This document shows, in pieces, positions 27,799-34,499 of a DNA stretch of 64,000 nt (position 1 is the stretch's first letter; each line of letters begins with the position of its first letter). Below the pieces are notes generated by a model, which saw nothing but the letters and a program-made list of their open reading frames with translations, had not been told where the DNA came from and did not search any database. Source of the stretch: an uncultured Rhodobacteraceae bacterium (GTDB lineage Bacteria > Pseudomonadota > Alphaproteobacteria > Rhodobacterales > Rhodobacteraceae); the NCBI GenBank assembly GCA_937927675.1, contig CALBSG010000005.1:21727-85726 (forward strand), read 5' to 3'. The position numbers and the translations under genes are program-made.

Positions 27799-28278
27799 AT
27801 GACCAACACACCATTGAAAACCAAAATCGCCGAAACGGCAGAGTTGGCGGCCGGGAAGGCGCGTGAGGGTCTGGGCGCGGCGGCCGACAGGACAAAAGAT
27901 GCCGCAAAAACCATCAAGCAAGAGGCCTCTGCGCGGGTCACCAACACTGCAGAGGCGCTGCGCGAAGCAACCTCGGCGCGCGTCGACGACGCCCGCGAGA
28001 CCTTGGTGACCACCGGCGAACGTCTGGCGCGCAGTTTGCAAGACAGCGCCGAAGATCTGGATGGTCTGCAATCGCGGGTGCTATCGGGTTTGGCAGATGG
28101 CGTCACAGGCGCAACGGATCGCCTGCGACGCCACAGCCCCGGCGATCTCTTGTCGCGGACCCGCCGCCTTGCGCGCGACAATCCTGGTCTCTTTGCGGCA
28201 GGCGCGGCTTTGGCCGGATTTGCCTTGGCCCGGTTCCTGCGATCATCAGCTGAAGGCAAGGGTGGACCCTCGCCATGA
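27799..28278 (+). CDS. Tail-anchored helical stress protein (ElaB/YqjD/DUF883-like architecture)
   Basis: 159 aa. Ala/Glu/Arg-rich helical repeats with a C-terminal TM 'GLFAAGAALAGFALARFL'. First gene of a 3-gene unit. Confidence 0.55.
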   Translation: MTNTPLKTKIAETAELAAGKAREGLGAAADRTKDAAKTIKQEASARVTNTAEALREATSARVDDARETLVTTGERLARSLQDSAEDLDGLQSRVLSGLADGVTGATDRLRRHSPGDLLSRTRRLARDNPGLFAAGAALAGFALARFLRSSAEGKGGPSP

Positions 28279-28691
28279 CAACGGCCGACCACCATGATCG
28301 CCCCGACACCCTCACCGAGATTCTGGGCGAGGTGATGGCCGGGATAATGCGCTTGATCCGAGGAGAAGTTGCTTTGGCACAGGCCGAGGCGGCGGCAAGT
28401 GCCCATAAGGCGGCCTCTGCGCTGGTGCTGTTGGGCGTTGCGGCGATCTTTATCATGGCCGGGATCACCTGCCTTGCCGCTGGGGCGGTGTTGGGGCTGG
28501 TCACCGCCGGGCTGGCCCCGGTCTGGGCGACCTTGCTGGTCGGCGCGCTGCTTGCGCTTTTGGGTTGCGGCTATGGCCAGCATGCCCGCCGCTTGCTTTT
28601 GGATGCGACACGGGGCGCCCGCCGCCCGGCACGCAACCTTCAGCAAGATCTGGAAACCTTGCAAACCAGGGGGAAATCCGATGGCCTATGA
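28275..28691 (+). CDS. Holin-X / YqjE-like two-TM membrane protein
   Basis: 138 aa. 'RLIRGEVALAQAE' amphipathic N-terminus followed by two TM helices. Start overlaps the upstream stop. Confidence 0.55.
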   Translation: MTTADHHDRPDTLTEILGEVMAGIMRLIRGEVALAQAEAAASAHKAASALVLLGVAAIFIMAGITCLAAGAVLGLVTAGLAPVWATLLVGALLALLGCGYGQHARRLLLDATRGARRPARNLQQDLETLQTRGKSDGL

Positions 28692-29562
28692 CACGGACGA
28701 CATTGAACGCGAATTGCAAGCAGAGCGCGCGCGCCTTGGCGATAACCTTGGGAAGCTGAGGGATCGCTTGACCGCCAACGCGCTGCTGGAGGAGCTGAGC
28801 TGTACCTTGCGTGCGCACCTTGGCCCTCTGGCGCGGGGCGCCGACCAAGCGATCCGCGACAATCCCTTTGCGGCCGCGTTGACGGCTGCGGGACTGGCCT
28901 GGCTGGTCTTTGGCCGCACGCCCCGCCCCATCGTGCGAAGCGGCGAGATTTTGGCGGGGACAAAATACGAAGCCCTATCGCGCTGGGAAGACGAGGGTGG
29001 CCCGGTTGCGCCCTTGAAAGACCCCGATCTGAATTGGATCAGCGAAACCGACAGTCTGCGCGCCAAGGCAAGCGCGGCGCTTCGCCGTCTCGATCGCAAT
29101 GTTCGGGGCAAATCGACCACGGCCGCAGATGCACAGGCCCAGCGGGACCGCATCCTGAAAGAGCTTGCCCGCGACGCGAATACCGCATTTCGGCAGGGGC
29201 TGGAAACCTTGCCGCCCGAGGCCCAGACCCGCATCGCAACCGCCCGCGAGACGGCTTATCTTGCAGGGCAAAGCTTGGGGCGCAGGGCGGTTGCCACCGT
29301 TGAAGAAAGCCCCCTTTTGACGGGCTGTCTGGCACTGGGTCTGGGGGCCGCGCTGGCATCTGTCTTGCCGCAAAGTCAGATCGAGAACCGGGTTTTGGGG
29401 GCAGAGCGGGACCGATTGATGAAACAGGCCGATGATCTGCTGCGCAGCGAAAAGGCCCGTGCGGCCGACGTTCTCAGCGGTCTGGCCAATGCCATGCGCG
29501 AGGATTTTTCCGAAGCAACCACAACTCTGACCAAGGGCAATACCCAAGGTCGCACCGGTTAG
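28681..29562 (+). CDS. DUF3618-like protein
   Basis: The ATG at 28681 overlaps the upstream stop. N-terminal 'DTDDIERELQAERARLGDNLGKLRDRL' is typical of DUF3618 as I recall it. The track ORF start at 28369 is an out-of-context extension. Confidence 0.6.
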   Translation: MAYDTDDIERELQAERARLGDNLGKLRDRLTANALLEELSCTLRAHLGPLARGADQAIRDNPFAAALTAAGLAWLVFGRTPRPIVRSGEILAGTKYEALSRWEDEGGPVAPLKDPDLNWISETDSLRAKASAALRRLDRNVRGKSTTAADAQAQRDRILKELARDANTAFRQGLETLPPEAQTRIATARETAYLAGQSLGRRAVATVEESPLLTGCLALGLGAALASVLPQSQIENRVLGAERDRLMKQADDLLRSEKARAADVLSGLANAMREDFSEATTTLTKGNTQGRTG

Positions 29563-29591
29563 GCGGGTCGCAAAAAAGTTCCTCCAAGGTG

Positions 29592-29616
29592 GGAACCCAT
29601 CTGTGGTCTGAAGGTT
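29592..29616 (+). promoter_or_regulatory. EcfG-type promoter motif GGAAC-N16-GGTT in a non-coding gap
   Basis: GGAAC at 29592-29596 and GGTT at 29613-29616. No credible CDS lies downstream before the terminator at 29689-29732. Confidence 0.4.
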
Positions 29617-29622
29617 TCTCCG

Positions 29623-29732
29623 GCAGACGGTTGCAAGAAAGTCCCTGTCCTGCCGTCTGCAAAGGGTGCTTCCCTTCCCCCTTGCTCTGGCGCCGACAGT
29701 CTACCCTGGGGGTCGATGTCGGCGCCTTTTTT
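29623..29732 (+). ncRNA. Candidate GSR-dependent small RNA (~110 nt)
   Basis: Predicted architecture: 5-prime hairpin GCAGACGG (29623-29630) / CCGTCTGC (29653-29660); single-stranded C/U-rich linker 'CTTCCCTTCCCCCTT' (29670-29684); GC-rich terminator plus T6. The 5-prime end is inferred from promoter motif spacing only. Confidence 0.4.
29689..29732 (+). terminator. Rho-independent terminator
   Basis: GGCGCCGACA (29689-29698) / TGTCGGCGCC (29717-29726) followed by TTTTTT (29727-29732). Confidence 0.85.
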
Positions 29733-29781
29733 ATGCTCGCACACAGACGGCGTGGCGCCGGCCAGCGACGGGCGCCCAGCG

Positions 29782-30270
29782 CTATTCCAGCTTGCTGACA
29801 ATCGCTTGGGCAAAGGCTGCAATCATCGCATCATAGTAGACGCGGGTATCGGCTGGCAGGGTTTCCAGACTGACATCTGATGAGATCATCGGCTTGGCCT
29901 GATTGACGTCCACCAACAATTGATAAAAGCGGTTTTGCGATTTGTCGTCGTCGTTGCGCATGGTCACATCGCCGATGATCCGGGTGTCGGCCAGACCGAT
30001 TGCATCGGTAAAGCCGTTCGACAATTCAACCTCGGCAATGTCGATACTGATGTCGACGCCCTTTGTGGCAATCCTGTCGCCCAGCCGCGATGCAATCGCG
30101 CCCTCCAAGTCTTCATCCAGACGTGCCCAATAGGTGGCGGCGGTCGGGTTGGCGACAGCGGCAAGGTCGGTTGTCACATCAACCGATTTCACAGTCCAAG
30201 GGTCGGCCGCAAAGGCCATCGGAACCACAGCGAGGTTCACCGTGACAGCAAAGATCATGGAACGCAGCAT
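29782..30270 (-). CDS. Secreted hypothetical protein (162 aa)
   Basis: Signal peptide 'AVTVNLAVVPMAFA/ADP', acidic mature part, own perfect EcfG motif upstream. No recognisable domain. Confidence 0.65.
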   Translation of the reverse strand: MLRSMIFAVTVNLAVVPMAFAADPWTVKSVDVTTDLAAVANPTAATYWARLDEDLEGAIASRLGDRIATKGVDISIDIAEVELSNGFTDAIGLADTRIIGDVTMRNDDDKSQNRFYQLLVDVNQAKPMISSDVSLETLPADTRVYYDAMIAAFAQAIVSKLE

Positions 30271-30317
30271 AAGAAGCTCTCCTGTGTCATCGGGGGCCTC
30301 TGCCCCCTCGACAGGTT

Positions 30318-30342
30318 AACGCCGCTTGAGCGCAAGGGTTCC
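30318..30342 (-). promoter_or_regulatory. EcfG-type promoter, perfect GGAAC-N16-CGTT (minus strand)
   Basis: Plus-strand AACG at 30318-30321 and GTTCC at 30338-30342. It sits between the phyR stop (30361) and the 162-aa gene start (30270). Confidence 0.6.
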
Positions 30343-30360
30343 CCTTTGTACCCCGCGAGA

Positions 30361-31212
30361 TCAGGCGGTCAGCGTCTCGGTGCTGGCAAAGAACATCGCC
30401 TGTGACACGGCAGAATAGATCTGCTCTTCGGTAAAAGGCTTGGTGATAAGAAACGTCGGTTCCGGGCGCGTGCCGGTCAACAGTCGTTCAGGGAACGCGG
30501 TGATAAAGATCACCGGCAGCGCATTGAATTGCGACAGGATGTCATTGACAGCATCAATCCCCGAGGAGCGGTCCGCAAGCTGAATATCGGCGAGGATGAG
30601 ATCGGGGCGATCGCGAAGCGCCAGACTGACGGCTTCGCTGCGGGTGGCGGCAATGCCGGTCACTGCATGGCCCATTTCCTGCACGATGGTCGACAGGTTC
30701 ATCGCAATGATGGCTTCGTCCTCGATGACAAGCACCTTGCCCGCAACCGAGGCCTCCATTTCCTGCAAGGCGACCTGAATCAAATGGGCGACGTCCTTGG
30801 TTCCAATCTGCATGATCGCCGCGATTTCTGGCTGCGCAAACCCCTCGATCACATTCAAGAGCAAGGCTTCGCGTGTGTTCGGGGTCAGCATCGCCATATG
30901 GGCCTGCGCTCTGGCCGACAGCGGGGTGTCGGCATCGCCCACGGGCGCACCGGCACTGGCCCAGACCAGATGAAAAGCATGAAACAACCCGACCTTGGGA
31001 TCATCACCGGCACGCAGCACAGACGGATCTTCCAGAACGGCTTCAAGCGTGGCGGCGGCAAAGGAATCACCGCTGGTCTGACTGCCGGTCAAGGCACGGG
31101 CATAGCGGCGCAGATAGGGAAGATGGCCTGCGACAAGGCTGGCCAGATCAAGCCGCGGGCGCGTCGGCATCCCCTGCGCAGCCGATGACCCGGTTTGCGG
31201 CGCTGACGTCAT
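30361..31212 (-). CDS. phyR: PhyR anti-anti-sigma factor (sigma-like domain + receiver)
   Basis: ATG at 31212 after GGGAGAA. N-terminal ECF-sigma-like region ('LPYLRRYARALTGSQ...', 'REALLLNVIEGF') plus C-terminal receiver ('VLVIEDEAIIA...DLILADIQLAD...ITA'). Divergent from nepR-ecfG. Confidence 0.9.
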   Translation of the reverse strand: MTSAPQTGSSAAQGMPTRPRLDLASLVAGHLPYLRRYARALTGSQTSGDSFAAATLEAVLEDPSVLRAGDDPKVGLFHAFHLVWASAGAPVGDADTPLSARAQAHMAMLTPNTREALLLNVIEGFAQPEIAAIMQIGTKDVAHLIQVALQEMEASVAGKVLVIEDEAIIAMNLSTIVQEMGHAVTGIAATRSEAVSLALRDRPDLILADIQLADRSSGIDAVNDILSQFNALPVIFITAFPERLLTGTRPEPTFLITKPFTEEQIYSAVSQAMFFASTETLTA

Positions 31213-31239
31213 GATTTTCTCCCTTGGCGAACTTTTCTG

Positions 31240-31272
31240 GGAACCAAACACTGGGAAGATGAGTTTGGTTCC
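31240..31272. promoter_or_regulatory. Divergent, interlocked EcfG-type promoters of phyR and nepR-ecfG within the palindrome GGGAACCAAAC-N11-GTTTGGTTCCC
   Basis: Plus: GGAAC 31240-31244, N17, AGTT 31262-31265. Minus: GGAAC (plus-strand GTTCC 31268-31272), N17, TGTT (plus-strand AACA 31247-31250). Confidence 0.6.
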
Positions 31273-31297
31273 CTATAGTTAGAAAGATGCGTGAAAA

Positions 31298-31495
31298 ATG
31301 ATGGACACTGACATGTCTGACAAAGCGCCCAGATCCAGAATCAAGGATCAGATCGACGCGAACCTGAAGCGCATCTATGACGATATCACGAAAGAAGAAG
31401 TGCCGGAACGGTTCCGGCTTTTGCTGGACCAACTGCGCACAAAATCGCTGGAGGAACCTGCCCCGCCGCCCCACAGGACTGGGGATGAGCCATGA
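31298..31495 (+). CDS. nepR: NepR anti-sigma factor
   Basis: 65 aa. Core 'QIDANLKRIYDDITKEEVPERFRLLLDQL' matches the conserved NepR helix pair. Stop overlaps the ecfG start. Confidence 0.85.
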   Translation: MMDTDMSDKAPRSRIKDQIDANLKRIYDDITKEEVPERFRLLLDQLRTKSLEEPAPPPHRTGDEP

Positions 31496-32106
31496 CAAGG
31501 CAGCGGAACGACGCCGTATGTGACCCCGCTGCCGCGGCAGCCGACAAACCGGTGGAAGATTTCCGCGATCATCTGGTTGACCATCTTGGGCCGCTGCGGG
31601 CCTTTGCGCTCAGCCTGACACGCAGCAGGCCGGCCGCCGATGATCTGGTGCAGGATACCATCGTAAAAGCGTGGACCAATGCCGAGAAATTTGCGCCGGG
31701 CAGCAACCTTCAGGCTTGGCTTTTCACCATCCTGCGGAACACTTATTTCTCGACGATCCGCAAGCGCCGCCGCGAAGTGAGCGATCCCGATGGCAGCTAT
31801 GCCCTGCGCCTTTCCGTCAAACCCGATCATGATGGTCGTCTGGCCTACAGTGATTTTGAACGTGCCTTTGCCAAGCTTTCGGACGAACATCGCGAAGTGT
31901 TGATGCTGGTCGGTGCCTCCGGTTTTTCCTGTGAAGAGGCTGCCGAGATGATGGGCGTCGCCGTGGGCACCGTGAAAAGCCGGGCAAGCCGAGCCCGGTC
32001 GCGGCTGGCAAGATTGATGGGGCTGGCAGAGGGCGAAAGCGTGCTGACCGATGCGGATCAAACCACGATGGCGGTGACAGGACGACCCGGGGCGCATGCG
32101 GCATGA
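31492..32106 (+). CDS. ecfG: ECF sigma factor EcfG (general stress response)
   Basis: 204 aa. 'DLVQDTIVKAW', 'WLFTILRNTYFS', 'GTVKSRASRARSRL'. Synteny: phyR / nepR-ecfG-kinase. Confidence 0.9.
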   Translation: MTRQRNDAVCDPAAAAADKPVEDFRDHLVDHLGPLRAFALSLTRSRPAADDLVQDTIVKAWTNAEKFAPGSNLQAWLFTILRNTYFSTIRKRRREVSDPDGSYALRLSVKPDHDGRLAYSDFERAFAKLSDEHREVLMLVGASGFSCEEAAEMMGVAVGTVKSRASRARSRLARLMGLAEGESVLTDADQTTMAVTGRPGAHAA

Positions 32107-33857
32107 CGGCCGGGCGGGGGTCACGCGCGCAACCGGGCCAAGGCCGCCTTGCCTCGCGTTTTGCCGTGATCCTTGCGCTGGCACTGTTGCCGATCGGCGC
32201 GGCATCGGTGATGCAGACCCGCACACTGGAAGACGAATTGCGCAATCGGGCCGAAAGCGGATTGCTTGGTGCAACGCTGCAGGTCGCAGAACACGAAACC
32301 AGCATGATCCGCGCCGCGCAGGGCATGGTGGCCGCTTTGGCCCAAGCGCTGCCTGACGTTGCGGGCGACGCGGCACGCTGCCAGGATTTGATGCGGCGGC
32401 TGAAGGGAGAGATGCCACAAGCCACCCTGATCGCCTTTGTGCCGATGGACGGGCAGATGCGGTGTTCTTCTGTTGGGCGTGCCCATGACTTCACCGACAA
32501 TCCGAATTTCCTGTTTTTACGCGATCAGGAAAAGCCGTCGCTGCGGGTCAGCCGCAAGGGCAGCATCTCGCAGACCTCGATTCTGGCGGTGACCCATCCG
32601 GTGCGCGATGCGGCAGGGAAAAAGACCGGATACGCCGTCATTTCGCTGCCTCATAGCGCGTTGGAGGCCCAGCACGGTCACCTGTCACCAGACCCTCAGG
32701 GGCAACAGGACTTGCTGTTTTTCTGGAGCTTTGATCGCACTGGCGAGGTGATGACCGCCAACATTGATCTTGATGAGGCCGCCCGCCGTCTGCCGGCAGA
32801 ACCGCCGCTTGCCGAATTGGTTGGCCAGTCACGGCAGGTCTTTCAAGCACTGTCTCGGCTGGGAAACCTGCGCACCTATGCTGTCGCCCCGGTCATTAAG
32901 GGCGAACTTTACTTGATGAGCAGTTGGCGCAACGACGATAATCGGTTGATCGCGCAGGTGCGGCTGGCAAATTATCTGACCCCGCTCCTGATGTGGAGTG
33001 TCGGGCTTTTGGTGGCCGCTTGGGCCGCAGAACGGCTGGTCACGCGCCATGTGCGCACGTTGCACCGGGCGATCACCCGCTTTGCCCAAGGTGACAGGCG
33101 GTTGGAGCCGCCCCGGCTGCGCAGCGCCCCTGCTGAATTGCGCGATCTGGGTGCGGCTTACCGGCTGATGACCGAAAACATCACCCGCGGCGAGGCGGAA
33201 CTGGAAGACCTTTTGCACCAAAAGGAAGTCCTGCTGCGCGAGGTGCATCATCGGGTGAAGAACAACCTGCAACTGATCGCCTCGATCATGAATATCCAGA
33301 TTCGCAAAACCACCAGCCAAGAGGCCAAGTCGCTGCTGAAAGATCTCCGCGACAGGGTGATGAGCCTCGCCACCATCCACCGCGGCCTGTATCAGACCTC
33401 GGGGCAAGCCGACGTCACCGTGCGTGAATTATTTTCTGAAATCATTCGGCAAATCAGCGGCTTGCAATCCCCCGCCGGTGCGGCCGTCCATGTCGCGCTG
33501 GATGTTGACGAGCTGCGGCTTGCGCCGGAACAGGCGGTGCCCTTGGCGCTTTTGATGACCGAGGCCGTATCGGCAGCGCTGAATCAGCCCAACCGGCCAG
33601 AGCGGATCAGCGTGGCGCTGCACCAGTTGGACGAAAGCACGGCCAAACTTGAAGTAAACGCCGAGTATCCCGATGGCGTCGGGTCGGCGCAAAATGCGGA
33701 TACCGGGATTGGCCTGCAACTTATGACGGCGTTTGCACAACAACTGGGTGCAACACCAATGATCGAGGACCGACCGACACAAAGGGCAACCTGCGTGACG
33801 TTCCACCTTCAGGCCCTGCGGCGGCAAACGACACCTGACGAGCACCCCATAAAATAA
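32103..33857 (+). CDS. HWE/HisKA_2-type sensor histidine kinase (PhyK-like)
   Basis: 584 aa. TM, periplasmic domain, TM and HAMP-like linker. H-box 'HHRVKNNLQLIASIMNIQ'. ATG overlaps the ecfG stop. Confidence 0.85.
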   Translation: MTAGRGSRAQPGQGRLASRFAVILALALLPIGAASVMQTRTLEDELRNRAESGLLGATLQVAEHETSMIRAAQGMVAALAQALPDVAGDAARCQDLMRRLKGEMPQATLIAFVPMDGQMRCSSVGRAHDFTDNPNFLFLRDQEKPSLRVSRKGSISQTSILAVTHPVRDAAGKKTGYAVISLPHSALEAQHGHLSPDPQGQQDLLFFWSFDRTGEVMTANIDLDEAARRLPAEPPLAELVGQSRQVFQALSRLGNLRTYAVAPVIKGELYLMSSWRNDDNRLIAQVRLANYLTPLLMWSVGLLVAAWAAERLVTRHVRTLHRAITRFAQGDRRLEPPRLRSAPAELRDLGAAYRLMTENITRGEAELEDLLHQKEVLLREVHHRVKNNLQLIASIMNIQIRKTTSQEAKSLLKDLRDRVMSLATIHRGLYQTSGQADVTVRELFSEIIRQISGLQSPAGAAVHVALDVDELRLAPEQAVPLALLMTEAVSAALNQPNRPERISVALHQLDESTAKLEVNAEYPDGVGSAQNADTGIGLQLMTAFAQQLGATPMIEDRPTQRATCVTFHLQALRRQTTPDEHPIK

Positions 33858-34028
33858 GTTTTCAAAACCGGGAACCTTTCGCCGCGTTGAGGCATTTCCT
33901 CGTCACCTAACACAAGTCAAGAACCGCGGAATTCGTTCGGGCTAACGTAGCTTGGCGGCCCACCTGCCGATTTGAGGAATGAACGCTCCGGGACTGCGGG
34001 GGACGCCGCGGGATAGCTCGATCAAAGG

Positions 34029-34499
34029 TTGGAAATGCGCCTTCGCTTTCTGCTTTGGATATTTCTGTCGATGGCCCTGGGTCTGGCGGGGGCGGCGCGA
34101 TCTTCCATGCTTGCGACAGCGGGCTTCCATCAGATTCAGATCTGCGCGAATGGCCAAGAACAGGACCTTTTGCTGGATGCCGCTGGCAAGCCCGCCGCGG
34201 ATCGGCCCGCCTGCGGGCATTGCCCGGACTGTGTGCCCAGCCCACTTGCCTTGACCGAAACCCTTCCCGGCCTTTCACCTGTCACCACCGTCCGCGCGCT
34301 GCGCCCCCTGCGCCGTCAGCCACAGCCACCCAAGCAACACCGGGCGCCGCAACCACGCGGCCCCCCAACGCCATCCAACATCCGGCGAGTTTTCAACCGT
34401 CGCTGCGGGTATTCCCTGTCCCACCTGACTTTGGTCAAGTGGGATGCGGCACAGCCGTGGCAAAGCTCCGGGTGTATCCATTTGGACACCCGCCGATGA
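34029..34499 (+). CDS. NosC-like small Cys-motif protein
   Basis: 156-aa ORF with an N-terminal hydrophobic segment and a 'CGHCPDC' cluster. Stop overlaps the nosR ATG (ATGA, 34496-34499). Its position equals nosC in Paracoccus-type clusters. The C-terminal half is Pro/Arg-rich, so the extent is uncertain. Confidence 0.45.
   Translation: MEMRLRFLLWIFLSMALGLAGAARSSMLATAGFHQIQICANGQEQDLLLDAAGKPAADRPACGHCPDCVPSPLALTETLPGLSPVTTVRALRPLRRQPQPPKQHRAPQPRGPPTPSNIRRVFNRRCGYSLSHLTLVKWDAAQPWQSSGCIHLDTRR

Noticed and set aside
33871-33888. GGAAC...CGTT upstream of the nos cluster that looks like another EcfG promoter.
   Set aside because: The spacer is only 9 nt (GGAAC 33871-33875, CGTT 33885-33888), which is incompatible with the N16-17 consensus.
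33907-33920. Possible FNR/NNR box CTAAC-acaa-GTCAA upstream of the nosC-like ORF.
   Set aside because: Only the right half-site matches TTGAx-N4-xTCAA; the left half matches 3 of 5. This is too degenerate to call without comparative data.
34055-34495. Upstream extension of the nosR frame (887-aa track ORF).
   Set aside because: The NosR signal peptide and mature protein begin at ATG 34496. The upstream part is Pro/Arg-rich and overlaps the nosC-like frame, which is translationally coupled (ATGA).
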